From an uncultured Clostridia bacterium (GTDB taxonomy: Bacteria; Bacillota; Clostridia; Christensenellales; Aristaeellaceae): a stretch of 32,000 nucleotides of DNA. Positions 1-9,151 of this stretch are shown in pieces. Position numbers and translations under genes: made by a program. Every line of letters begins with the position of its first letter. Position 1 is the first letter of the stretch. The notes beneath the pieces were generated by a model, which did not search any database, was not told the origin of the DNA, and saw nothing but the letters and a program-made list of their open reading frames with translations. The DNA is taken from positions 3,009-35,008 of the forward strand of contig CALCTW010000034.1 in assembly GCA_937907055.1 (NCBI GenBank), in the 5' to 3' direction.

Positions 1-2
1 AG

Positions 3-404
3 AAAAACGATATCAACCATGATAAATGGCTGGGGGTGGGCGGTCATTTTGAAGACGGCGAATCACCGGAGGACTGTGTTCTGCGCGAAACAAAGGAAGA
101 GACCGGGCTCACGCTGCTCGATCCCAGTCTTCGCGGCGTGATCACGTTCGTTTCCGGCGCGGATAACGAATATATGTTCCTTTTTACCGCCACAAAATGG
201 CAGGGCACGCAGACCCTGTGCGATGAGGGAACGCTGGAGTGGATCCCGAAGGAGAAGATCGCCTCCCTGCCGATCTGGGAGGGCGACAAGATCTTTTTTG
301 CCCTGCTGGAAGAGCCGGACCGCGCCTTTTTCTCTCTCAAGCTCATTTATGAGGGGGACCGCCTGACACAGGCCGTGCTGGACGGCGCGCCCTATCCGAT
401 CTGA
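3..404 (+). CDS. Nudix hydrolase (MutT / 8-oxo-dGTP diphosphatase-like), 5' end outside window
   Basis: The frame is open from base 3. A Nudix box is visible (GGHFEDGESPEDCVLRETKEETGL, i.e. GX5EX7REUXEEXGU). The GTG at 36 used by the ORF track is internal. Confidence 0.85.
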   Translation, partial: KNDINHDKWLGVGGHFEDGESPEDCVLRETKEETGLTLLDPSLRGVITFVSGADNEYMFLFTATKWQGTQTLCDEGTLEWIPKEKIASLPIWEGDKIFFALLEEPDRAFFSLKLIYEGDRLTQAVLDGAPYPI

Positions 405-518
405 TGATTTGTAAACAACCCCTTCCCTGCCTTGACCCTCCCCTTTTCTTCATGCTAAAATACCCCTGTCCCGGAGCGCGTTTTTCCGCTCCGGATCGCG
501 AACACAGGAGGCTTTCCC

Positions 519-3500
519 TTGACGGAATTCAACCATAACAACGGCGGCAGCGATCCCGCCGGTGAGACCCGTCCTTTTGCCCTTCCTGCCGATGACCGGC
601 CGGGGGCTGTTTCCGATACCCAGACCTTCGCGCCCGGAGAAGTCCAGGGCTACACAGATCCCCTCGGAGCCGCCGGATATCCGGAGGATGAACAGCCCCG
701 CAAGGCCTATTTTGACGATCACACCGATCCCTACCCCGAAGCGGCCCCTGCCTGGGAGCCGGAGGCCGATAACGGGAACGGCTATGATATCTCCGATGAT
801 CCCGCGCTGCAGATCGGGGATGTGCCGCCGCCGGAGCGCACGTTCGCCCCGGACGAGGACGAAGAAAAGAATCACAAGCGCAGCATCTTCAAGAAGCGCA
901 AGCGCAAGCCCAGCTTCGTGCTGGCCGTCATCATCAATTCGCTCCGCCTGCTGCTGCTCATCATCCTGCTGGTGGGTCTGAGCGGCGTGGGCGCCGTGAT
1001 CGGCATCGCCAAGGGCTATATGGACAGCGCGCCGGAGCTGGATCTGGCCGCCATCACCGATCAGGCGCAGACCAGTTTCATCTGCGACCGCTACGGCAAT
1101 GTGATCTGCGAATACATGGGCACGGAAAACCGCGTGATGGTGTCCATCACCACCATGCCGCAGCATCTTCAGCATGCCTTCGTGGCGGTTGAGGACGCGC
1201 GTTTCTACAGCCACAACGGTGTGGATGTCAAGCGCATCATCGGCGCTTTTGTGACCAACTTCACCACCGGCTCCAATCAGGGCGGCTCCACGATCACCCA
1301 GCAGCTGATCAAGAACACCCTGCTCTCCAACGAGCAGAGCTATAAGCGCAAGATCCAGGAAGCGTATCTGGCCATGCAGCTGGAGAACCGTTACACCAAG
1401 AATGAGATCCTGGAGAACTACCTGAACACCATCTATCTGGGCGAGAATTATTACGGTGTACAGGTCGCCAGCTACGGCTATTTCGGCAAGAATGACCTGA
1501 GCACGCTCACCCTGCGCGAGTGCGCCATGCTGGCCGGTATGACCCAGAACCCCTACTATTATAATTGCCGCCGTAATTATTACGTGCGCACGGTGACCGA
1601 TCCGAACGAGGATCCGAACACCTACCGCAATATCACGGATGACCGCACGGATTATGTGCTGCGCTGCATGCTTGAAAATGACTTCATCACGCAGGAGGAA
1701 TACAACGCCGCGCTGGACCGCAGCACCGCGCACATCCTGCAAAGCAGTCCGGAGAGCACGGAACTGTATTCCTACCCCCACTATGTGGAATACGCGGTAC
1801 GCGACGCCGTGCGCATCCTGCTGGAAAAGAACGGGCTGGAGAATACCTCCTCCAACCGCGTTGCCATGGAAAATGAGCTGCGTACCGGCGGCTATCACAT
1901 TTTCCTGGCCATCGATACCGAGATCCAGGAGCAGCTGGAAAACACCATCTACAATTATTCCGATTATCCCACCCTGCGTGACCCGGATGACAAGATCTAC
2001 CGCACGCGTAATTCCGACGGCACCTATAACGAGGTGATCCAGCCACAGGTGGCCGCAGTGGTGATGGATTACCGCACCGGCTATGTACTGGCCATGGTGG
2101 GCAGCCGCACACGCCCCACCGCGCGCAAAACGCTCAACCGCTGCACGGATATGAACATGCCGGTCGGCAGCAGCATCAAGCCCATCGCTGTCTACGCGCC
2201 GGCGATCGATATGGGCTGCAGTCCCGCCAGCGTGACCTACAACCTGCCCCTGCCCATCAGCGGATGGAAGGATGACAACGGCCGTGACAGCTGGCCCACC
2301 AACTACGGCGGCAGCAGCTACCGCGGGCCGGAGACCCTGCGGACCGCCCTGAAATACAGCGATAACACCGCGGCCGCGTGGACACTGCTCAATTACGTGA
2401 CCCTTGACCGCTCGGTGGATTACCTGACACGCATGGGCGTGAACAAGAGCCACATCAACGCCACCCCGTTCGGTGTTTCCCTCGGCAGCAGCGGCATCAC
2501 ACCGCTGGAGATGGCGGCCTGCTTCTCCGCGCTGGGCAACGGCGGCGTGTATCTGGAGCCGCTCACCGTGCTGGGCATCTTCAAGGAATCGCCCGGCGGC
2601 AATGTGGAAACGATCGCCGAATATTCCACCTATCAGGACCGCACACAGGTCTTCAAGGCCTCCACGGCCTATATGACCATCGATATGCTCAAGGACGCCG
2701 TGAGCGGCGGCACCGGTACCGGCGCCAAGATCAAAGGCCAGACCGTCGCCGGCAAGACCGGCACCAACAGCGATCAGAAGGGCGTGTTCTTTGCCGGGCT
2801 TACCGGCTGGTACTGCGGCACGGTCTGGATCGGCCATGACAACTACAAATCCCTTTCCAGCAAGACCACCGGCGGTACCGCCGCCGCGAAGCTGTGGAAC
2901 AGCTTTATGACCAAGATCCACAACGTCAAAAAGCTGGATAACAAAGATATTCTCAGCGGCAGCGCTTCGGATTACAATCTGGTCAAGGTGACCACCTGCG
3001 TGGTGAGCGGCCAGCTGGCGACCGATGCCTGCAAGCATGATCAGATGAACTACGGCACGGTGACCGATTACTGGTTGAACGGCACGCAGCCCACCACCTA
3101 CTGCCAGCTGCACAAGAGCGTGACCGTCTGCAGCGATTCCGGCAAGGCAGCCTCCCCGTACTGCCCTGTCACCTCCGAAAAGGGCGTCATCATCCTGCCG
3201 GTCGGGCATCCCCTGCAGCGTTTCGTCAACACCCAGTACAGCGGTGTGCTGACGGACTATCTGGGCGACTGGGCCAACCTGGATCTGGAGCATTATTCCC
3301 TGAACAGTCTGCTCGCCTCCGATACCTGCACCTGGCACAGCGGCTACCAGTCTCAGCCGCAGTATGGCGGCGGCGCCAGCATGAATGTGCTGAACGATGC
3401 CTACAGCCTGCTTTCCATGGGCGAGGCGCAGCTGTCCGTCCTCGGCCCCTACGCCCCCGGCTACAGCGCCCTGTTCAACGCGGTCAGCACGCTCAGCCAG

Positions 3501-3581
3501 CTGCTCAGCGGCAGTCCTACCGATAACGATCTGTACATTGCCATGGCCAACCTGACCCAGGCGATGCACAACGCGCAGTAA
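519..3581 (+). CDS. Class A penicillin-binding protein (bifunctional glycosyltransferase/transpeptidase, PBP1A-like)
   Basis: GT51 motifs EDARFYSHNGVD and GGSTITQQL. Transpeptidase motifs SSIKP (SxxK), YSDN (SxN) and KTGT. One TM helix follows an acidic/Pro-rich N-terminal extension. AGGAGG at 506-511 lies 7 nt before the TTG start. Confidence 0.93.
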   Translation: MTEFNHNNGGSDPAGETRPFALPADDRPGAVSDTQTFAPGEVQGYTDPLGAAGYPEDEQPRKAYFDDHTDPYPEAAPAWEPEADNGNGYDISDDPALQIGDVPPPERTFAPDEDEEKNHKRSIFKKRKRKPSFVLAVIINSLRLLLLIILLVGLSGVGAVIGIAKGYMDSAPELDLAAITDQAQTSFICDRYGNVICEYMGTENRVMVSITTMPQHLQHAFVAVEDARFYSHNGVDVKRIIGAFVTNFTTGSNQGGSTITQQLIKNTLLSNEQSYKRKIQEAYLAMQLENRYTKNEILENYLNTIYLGENYYGVQVASYGYFGKNDLSTLTLRECAMLAGMTQNPYYYNCRRNYYVRTVTDPNEDPNTYRNITDDRTDYVLRCMLENDFITQEEYNAALDRSTAHILQSSPESTELYSYPHYVEYAVRDAVRILLEKNGLENTSSNRVAMENELRTGGYHIFLAIDTEIQEQLENTIYNYSDYPTLRDPDDKIYRTRNSDGTYNEVIQPQVAAVVMDYRTGYVLAMVGSRTRPTARKTLNRCTDMNMPVGSSIKPIAVYAPAIDMGCSPASVTYNLPLPISGWKDDNGRDSWPTNYGGSSYRGPETLRTALKYSDNTAAAWTLLNYVTLDRSVDYLTRMGVNKSHINATPFGVSLGSSGITPLEMAACFSALGNGGVYLEPLTVLGIFKESPGGNVETIAEYSTYQDRTQVFKASTAYMTIDMLKDAVSGGTGTGAKIKGQTVAGKTGTNSDQKGVFFAGLTGWYCGTVWIGHDNYKSLSSKTTGGTAAAKLWNSFMTKIHNVKKLDNKDILSGSASDYNLVKVTTCVVSGQLATDACKHDQMNYGTVTDYWLNGTQPTTYCQLHKSVTVCSDSGKAASPYCPVTSEKGVIILPVGHPLQRFVNTQYSGVLTDYLGDWANLDLEHYSLNSLLASDTCTWHSGYQSQPQYGGGASMNVLNDAYSLLSMGEAQLSVLGPYAPGYSALFNAVSTLSQLLSGSPTDNDLYIAMANLTQAMHNAQ

Positions 3582-3588
3582 CAGACGG

Positions 3589-5580
3589 ATGGAACTGAAG
3601 GATATCAAAGGCCTGGGCGAAAAGCGCCTGCAGGCCCTCGCGGAGAACGGGATCGATACGATCGGCAAGCTGATCCTGACTCTCCCGCACAGCTATAAAG
3701 ACCTGACACAGGATACGCCTGTCAGGGAAGCCGCGCCCGGCGCCGACATCTGCGTGACCGGGTGCGTTTGCCGCGCGCCGAAGCTCAGCCGCTTCAAGGG
3801 GCTTTCCTGTGTGAGCGCGCTTTTTGAAGATGATACCGGCACGATCGGGCTGCAATGGTTCAATCAGCCGTGGATGAAGGACAACCTGCCCGAGGACGGC
3901 GAGATCACCCTGCACGGAAAGGTGACGCGTACAAAAAAGGGAAATCTGGTGCTGAACAGTCCTCAGATCGTCACCGAACGCGCGCTGGTGCCCGTCTACA
4001 CCGCCCTGAAGGCGATCCCGGCGAAGACGCTGCAGCAGGTCATGAAGACCGCACTGGAAAAGGCGGAAGACTGCCTTCCGGAAACGCTGCCGGATTCCGT
4101 ACGGGAAAAGTACGGCCTGTGCGGCCGGCATTTCGCGCTCCGTCAGGCGCACTTCCCCACCGATCACGAATCCCTTTCCGCCGCGCTGCGGCGTTTATCC
4201 TTTGAGGGCCTGCTCTTCTATCAGGCGGCCACCGTGATGCTGCGCGGCGAAAAGCAAAAGGGCGAAGCCCTGCGTTTTGACAACGCGCTGCAGGATTATT
4301 TGGCCTCCCTGCCCTTCCCGCTGACAGGTGCGCAGACGCGCGTGCTGAACGAGATCGCGAAGGATATTTCCGCCCCAATCGCCATGAACCGTCTGGTGCA
4401 GGGCGATGTGGGCTGCGGCAAGACGGCAGTCGCCTTCGGCGCCATGTATATGTGCGCCCGCGCCGGGCGGCAGAGCGTGCTGCTCGCCCCGACGGAAATT
4501 TTAGCCCGTCAGCACTTTGAAAGCGCGAAGGCCGTGCTGGGCAGGCTGGGCATTTCCTGCGGGCTGCTGCTGGGCGGCATGAAGGTAAAGGAACGCCGGG
4601 AAGCCCTGCAGAAGATCCAAAGCGGCGAATGGCAATGCGTGATCGGAACGCATGCCCTGCTCAGCCGGGATGTGGAATACGCCGCCATCGGCCTGATCAT
4701 CACCGATGAACAGCACCGCTTCGGTGTCCGGCAGCGCAATGAGCTGAACCGCAAGACCGCGCTTCGCCCGCACGCGCTGGTGATGAGCGCCACGCCCATC
4801 CCCCGTTCGCTGGCCCTGGTCCTCTGGGGCGATCTGGATATCAGCGTCATTGACGAGATGCCGGCCGGACGCAAGCCCGTCCGCACCATGCTGGTTCCCG
4901 AGAAAAAACGCGAGGATATGTACCGTTTTCTGATCAGGGAAGCCGCGCTGGGGCATCAGGCCTACATCGTCTGTCCGCTTGTTTCGGAAAACGAGCAGAT
5001 GGATGCCGCCGGCGCGCAGGAGTTATACGCCGAGCTTTCTACCGGTCCGCTGCGTGACCTCCGGCTGGGGTTGACCTACGGCGGTCAGAAGCCCGACGAA
5101 AAAGAAAAGACCCTCGCCGCGTTTTCGGCGGGAGAGATCCAGGTGCTGATCGCCACCACCGTGGTCGAGGTGGGTGTGAACGTTCCGGCGGCGACCTGTA
5201 TGGTCATCGAGGACGCCCAGCGCTTCGGCCTATCCCAGCTCCATCAGCTGCGCGGACGCGTGGGACGCGGCGCGGACGAGAGCTGGTGCTTCCTGATGGC
5301 GGAAAAGAACGAACGGCTGGACACCCTGTGCAAAACCGGCGACGGCTTCAAGATCGCCGAAAAGGATCTGGAACTGCGCGGCCCCGGCGATTTTCTGGGC
5401 ACCCGCCAGCACGGCGCGCTGCTGCCCGGCATGAATTTTACCGCCGATGTGCGTCTGATCGAGCAGACCCGGGACTGCCTGCGGGATCTTCAATCCGGCC
5501 CTCCCGAGGATCTGGCCCTCGTGCGCGCGCAAGCCGCCGCGCTCTTCCGGCAGTCGCTTGAAGAGATCGTGCTGAACTGA
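3589..5580 (+). CDS. recG: ATP-dependent DNA helicase RecG
   Basis: Walker A GDVGCGKT, DEQHRFG box, SATPIPRS and QLHQLRGRVGRG helicase motifs. An N-terminal wedge/OB-like region is present and the length is typical (663 aa). Confidence 0.93.
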   Translation: MELKDIKGLGEKRLQALAENGIDTIGKLILTLPHSYKDLTQDTPVREAAPGADICVTGCVCRAPKLSRFKGLSCVSALFEDDTGTIGLQWFNQPWMKDNLPEDGEITLHGKVTRTKKGNLVLNSPQIVTERALVPVYTALKAIPAKTLQQVMKTALEKAEDCLPETLPDSVREKYGLCGRHFALRQAHFPTDHESLSAALRRLSFEGLLFYQAATVMLRGEKQKGEALRFDNALQDYLASLPFPLTGAQTRVLNEIAKDISAPIAMNRLVQGDVGCGKTAVAFGAMYMCARAGRQSVLLAPTEILARQHFESAKAVLGRLGISCGLLLGGMKVKERREALQKIQSGEWQCVIGTHALLSRDVEYAAIGLIITDEQHRFGVRQRNELNRKTALRPHALVMSATPIPRSLALVLWGDLDISVIDEMPAGRKPVRTMLVPEKKREDMYRFLIREAALGHQAYIVCPLVSENEQMDAAGAQELYAELSTGPLRDLRLGLTYGGQKPDEKEKTLAAFSAGEIQVLIATTVVEVGVNVPAATCMVIEDAQRFGLSQLHQLRGRVGRGADESWCFLMAEKNERLDTLCKTGDGFKIAEKDLELRGPGDFLGTRQHGALLPGMNFTADVRLIEQTRDCLRDLQSGPPEDLALVRAQAAALFRQSLEEIVLN

Positions 5581-5663
5581 TATTCCCGCGTTTCATCGGC
5601 GCGGTTAGGCTTTCGTGTATTGCCCTCACAGGCGGCACGGCCCGGAAAGCGGAAAACCGAATA

Positions 5664-5692
5664 TTGCGAATTCAACATTTCTATGATAAACT
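5664..5692 (+). promoter_or_regulatory. Candidate sigma-A promoter for the DegV gene
   Basis: TTGCGA (5664-5669), a 17 nt spacer and TAAACT (5687-5692), with an extended -10 TG at 5684-5685. It lies about 60 nt upstream of the ATG. Confidence 0.5.
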
Positions 5693-5753
5693 GTTTCTGA
5701 CGCGCGGAACCGCGCGTCCACACAGAAATCATAACGATAAGGAGATATAGATC

Positions 5754-6644
5754 ATGTCTGATTACATTCTCAGCTGCTGCTCTACCGCGGATATGAGCAA
5801 AGAATACTTTGAAAGCCGTAACATCCGTTACGCCTGCTTCAACTACGAACTGGACGGCACGACCTACAAGGATGACCTGGGTGTCACCATTCCCCTGCCG
5901 GATTTCTACGCCGCCATGGCGGAAGGCAAGATGACCCGCACCAGCCAGATCAACACCGAAGATTACGAAGCCTACTTTGAAGAGCTGCTGCAGGAGAACA
6001 AGCCCATCCTGCACATTGCCTTCTCCTCCGGTCTTTCCGGCTCTGTCAACAGCGCGATCATCGCGGCGGACAATGTGATGGAACGCCATCCCGGCTCCCG
6101 TGTCGTGGTGATCGACTCCGTGGCCGCTTCCTCCGGCTTCGGTCTGCTGGTGGACAAGGCCGCCGATCTGCGCGACGAAGGCAAGACCCTCGAAGAAAAC
6201 GCCGCCTGGATCGAGGCCCACAAAAAGAACCTGAACCACTGGTTCTTCACCACCACCCTCACCTACTTCATCCGCGGCGGCCGCGTCAGCAAGGTGAGCG
6301 GCACCCTGGGCAACATGCTCAATATCTGCCCCCTGCTCATCGTGAATGACGAAGGCAAGCTGATCAACGTGGAAAAGATCCGCACCAAGAAGAAGGTCAA
6401 GGCCACCATCGTGGACCGTATGATCGAAAACGCGGACAATGGCCTTGATTATGACGGCAAGTGCTTCATCTCCAACAGCAACTGCCTGGAGGACGCGCAG
6501 GATGTGGCCCGTATGATCGAAGAAAAGTTCCCCAAGCTGAACGGCAAAGTGCAGATCTACGACATCGGCACCGTCATCGGCAGCCACACCGGCCCCGGCA
6601 CCGTCGCGGTCTTCTTCTGGGGCAAGGAGCGCACGAACGCCTGA
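5754..6644 (+). CDS. DegV family fatty-acid-binding protein
   Basis: The overall sequence pattern is typical of DegV (for example VIDSVAASSGFGLLV and the GPGTVAVFF end). AAGGAG SD lies before the ATG. Confidence 0.9.
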   Translation: MSDYILSCCSTADMSKEYFESRNIRYACFNYELDGTTYKDDLGVTIPLPDFYAAMAEGKMTRTSQINTEDYEAYFEELLQENKPILHIAFSSGLSGSVNSAIIAADNVMERHPGSRVVVIDSVAASSGFGLLVDKAADLRDEGKTLEENAAWIEAHKKNLNHWFFTTTLTYFIRGGRVSKVSGTLGNMLNICPLLIVNDEGKLINVEKIRTKKKVKATIVDRMIENADNGLDYDGKCFISNSNCLEDAQDVARMIEEKFPKLNGKVQIYDIGTVIGSHTGPGTVAVFFWGKERTNA

Positions 6645-6790
6645 TCGCTCCGAACGGCAAGCCGCGCGGCTCCTGCAAAGAGCACCGCGCGTATTAAAAA
6701 AGCCTCCGGCAGTACAGCCTGAAGGCTGCCCGTCGTGCTCCCCAGTTCAGCAAGCGCTGATTTGCGGAAGTACAGATATTGCTTTCAAAG

Positions 6791-6826
6791 GACTCCGATC
6801 TCAGAAATGGGATCGGAGTCTTTTTT
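6791..6826 (+). terminator. Rho-independent terminator
   Basis: A perfect 10 bp stem GACTCCGATC (6791-6800) / GATCGGAGTC (6811-6820) with a 10 nt loop, followed by T6 (6821-6826). It sits at the point where composition drops to AT-rich. Confidence 0.75.
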
Positions 6827-6962
6827 GCTATGTACGGGTTTTACTATCCTTATGACCTTAATACAGCAAATCTATTGATGCATTTTGTTGCTGATTTGAT
6901 AAGTTGTTGCTTCGCTTGAAAAGGGATTATTTTGTATATGAGCCAAATACCAACTCAAAGGC

Positions 6963-6991
6963 TTGACAGAATCGTCAAAACGAACTATAAT
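6963..6991 (+). promoter_or_regulatory. Perfect-consensus sigma-70/sigma-A promoter
   Basis: TTGACA (6963-6968), exactly 17 nt, then TATAAT (6986-6991). The TTG of the -35 box is what the ORF track uses as the start codon of the 394 aa ORF. Confidence 0.7.
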
Positions 6992-7067
6992 TGAGAGCGT
7001 GAAAACTTACCATGTTGGACTACATGATGCAAGCGATCACTGTACCAAGAAAGAGAGGGCACCACAA

Positions 7068-8147
7068 GTGGAAGGAACAAGCGAAAAAGTGAAGCATCCA
7101 TGCGTGGCTCTTCGGGATGAAATGATTCGCGCCGGCATGAATCAAAGGGAGCTCTCAGTTCGAACCGGAGCCACAGAGAAGCATATCAGCACTGTTCTGA
7201 ACGGTGACCGAGATATCTCGGTGGCATTTGCCAGAAAGCTAGGTTATGTGTTTGAACATGACGCAACCTATTGGCTTGATTTGCAGGCACAGTACGACAG
7301 CTATCAGATGCGTATTCGTGAAGAAAATGAAATATCACAAGACGAGCTTGATATTCTCAAACCCTTGCATGATATTTGTGAGCACTTCATTCAGCGCGGA
7401 TATCTGAAGAATCATTGCGGCGATGCAACAAAGGTCATGCGTCTTCGGTCACTGCTTGGCGTCAGTGACCTGACTGCCATTCCGAGGATTACATATAACG
7501 CAGCGTATCGCGCTCAGATCACAGAGAATGTGAAGGTGGATCCGTATGTGCTGTTTGCATGGCAACGGTTATGCGAAAAAGAAACGGAACACATTATCTC
7601 AGATTCAGATCTGAATGTGGATAAACTTCAGGAATGCATCGGTGAAATCAAGCAACAGATGCATGGCGCCATAACGGAAAGCATTGCTTCGCTGCAGAAT
7701 ATCTTTGCCCGCTGCGGTATAGCATTTCAGGTGGTGAAGAATTTCCGCGGAGCCCCTGTTCAAGGGTTCATAAAAAAAACGGAGGCAGGGAAAGTACTGT
7801 TATGCCTCACGATCCGCGGCGGACGATCGGATGCATTTTGGTTTACCTTGTTCCATGAGATCGGTCATCTCTTGCATGGTGATGTGACCACGAGATTTGT
7901 GGATTTTGACTCCATATCAGGGAAGGCAGAAGATGCTGCCAATCGGTTTGCGAGTGATACGCTGATCGATCCGGAAAAGTACAGACAGTTTTTGCGAAGC
8001 AAGTCTTCGATTCTGTGGCAGGATATTGAAGCATTTGCGAAGCAGGAAGATATCATGCCCTCTATTGTGCTGGGTCGTCTGCAAAAAGACGGTATTCTGG
8101 AGTGGTCTGACTACGCAGGCAATGTAGTTCGCTACCAGTGGGCGTGA
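7068..8147 (+). CDS. Fusion of an XRE/HigA-type HTH domain with an ImmA/IrrE (COG2856, Peptidase_M78-like) zinc metallopeptidase domain
   Basis: The N-terminus HPCVALRDEMIRAGMNQRELSVRTGATEKHISTVLNGDRDISVAFARKLGYVF follows the HigA/VapI HTH pattern. The C-terminus carries the HEXXH motif FHEIGHLLHGD. The start is uncertain: GTG 7068 (GAGGG 8 nt upstream) is preferred, with GTG 7089 as an alternative. Either must lie downstream of the promoter at 6963-6991. Confidence 0.85.
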   Translation: MEGTSEKVKHPCVALRDEMIRAGMNQRELSVRTGATEKHISTVLNGDRDISVAFARKLGYVFEHDATYWLDLQAQYDSYQMRIREENEISQDELDILKPLHDICEHFIQRGYLKNHCGDATKVMRLRSLLGVSDLTAIPRITYNAAYRAQITENVKVDPYVLFAWQRLCEKETEHIISDSDLNVDKLQECIGEIKQQMHGAITESIASLQNIFARCGIAFQVVKNFRGAPVQGFIKKTEAGKVLLCLTIRGGRSDAFWFTLFHEIGHLLHGDVTTRFVDFDSISGKAEDAANRFASDTLIDPEKYRQFLRSKSSILWQDIEAFAKQEDIMPSIVLGRLQKDGILEWSDYAGNVVRYQWA

Positions 8148-8370
8148 ATCGCCGTTGTGATCTGTATTTGGCGATACAGGTCACAGTGGCCTGAATCCAG
8201 AGATGAAGGAGGTGAGAATATTGAGGGCAATAAAAAAACCGGTAGTTGACTGTTGGCGCAGCTGCTACCGGTACCCCTGCGGAATTGGCGTTCCACAAGA
8301 GCAGAAGCGTCAGATGATGACACTTTCCCACAGTCATCATAACACTTTTCTGCTGCGACGTCAATAAACT

Positions 8371-8435
8371 ATGCTTTTGTTCTGTAGATATGAATGCTTT
8401 TGTTCTGTAATATGAACGGATATGAACAAAAGCAT
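8371..8435 (+). promoter_or_regulatory. Repeat cluster (putative operator) with an embedded candidate promoter
   Basis: ATGCTTTTGTTCTGTA occurs twice in direct orientation (8371-8386 and 8394-8409, 23 bp period). Its inverted copy GAACAAAAGCAT lies at 8424-8435. ATATGAA occurs three times (8388, 8410, 8420). A candidate promoter TAGATA (8385-8390)-17-TAATAT (8408-8413) has repeat 2 filling its spacer. Confidence 0.5.
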
Positions 8436-8476
8436 GTTGACTAGAATTGCTCTGAGGAGCAGAAAGTGAGAATAAT

Positions 8477-9151
8477 ATGACGGATATTTTTACTGTCGCG
8501 GATCTACTAGAAATCATTAGGGATTATAAAATGTATCTTCAAGGGAAGGTACATTTTGCTCCGGATGGTTGGCCGATAATGGAGCGAGAATGGTTCCTCG
8601 ATGTATGGCCTGATGAACTTGTTCCATATCCAAATCGGAACAATAAACTGTATCACAACAAGCACAATTCTACTCTATGCTACTATTGCGCTGACAATCG
8701 CATCTATCCAAGATTCAATAACCTGTTTCAAGAAATCGGATCATACAAAGCATTTCAAGGAGTTGTTGGACCGGATATCACAGTTACCAGAGACATGGAT
8801 ATCGAGCTGCAACAATCGATTATGTTGGCAAATCAGTTGTTTATGGCGATTCTTGCAGTAAATGGAATCAAAGTTGTACTTAACACCCGTTGCGGGGGAT
8901 TGGCAACAGTATCGTGCTTCCGATACCTCCCCAAAGGGATTATGTGTGCATCCGGCTTCCTTGGTTGCAGCAATTCCCGTACAACATCAGAAGCGAGCAT
9001 ATATGTCAACAAGGTGTTATCTTTACGGCCGTCTAAATTGCTTGTATACGGAAAGCAAGATGAATTGGTTAACCAACAATTGGATACGCTTGGTATTAAC
9101 TATAGGTATTACGAAGATTTTCATCGTATTTCTTGCAGGAGGTGCGTGTGA
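8477..9151 (+). CDS. DUF4417-like protein (function unknown)
   Basis: The sequence follows the pattern I recall for DUF4417: FQGVVGPDITVTRDMDIELQQSIMLANQLFMAILAVNGIKVVLNTRCGG, then KGIMCASGFLGC, then PSKLLVYG. This rests on recollection, not on a search. Confidence 0.65.
   Translation: MTDIFTVADLLEIIRDYKMYLQGKVHFAPDGWPIMEREWFLDVWPDELVPYPNRNNKLYHNKHNSTLCYYCADNRIYPRFNNLFQEIGSYKAFQGVVGPDITVTRDMDIELQQSIMLANQLFMAILAVNGIKVVLNTRCGGLATVSCFRYLPKGIMCASGFLGCSNSRTTSEASIYVNKVLSLRPSKLLVYGKQDELVNQQLDTLGINYRYYEDFHRISCRRCV

Noticed and set aside
450-3668. 1072 aa minus-strand ORF covering the whole PBP1A gene
   Set aside because: It is antisense to a gene with unmistakable PBP motifs. The translation is low-complexity and A/G/R/V/H-rich with no recognisable domain and no SD. 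This is the typical stop-codon-poor antisense frame of GC-rich DNA.
5490-6587. 365 aa minus-strand ORF opposite degV
   Set aside because: It is antisense to a clear DegV gene. It crosses the recG/degV intergenic promoter region and has no motifs.
6660-6740. GC-rich hairpins just after the degV stop (GCCGCGCGGCTC...GAGCACCGCGCG, GGCAG...CTGCC) as terminators or a small RNA
   Set aside because: No T-run follows them on the plus strand and the stems are imperfect. The strong terminator at 6791-6826 explains degV termination better.
6963-7067. TTG start at 6963 for the XRE-ImmA gene (394 aa version)
   Set aside because: That TTG is the first half of a perfect -35 hexamer (TTGACA-17-TATAAT). Transcription would start near 7000, so translation cannot begin at 6963.
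8062-8517. 151 aa minus-strand ORF spanning the islet intergenic region
   Set aside because: It overlaps the 3' end of the regulator gene and the 5' end of the DUF4417 gene, and it runs straight through the repeat array. Its composition is Ser/Leu/His/Gln-rich and I saw no convincing SD. It cannot be fully excluded without expression data.
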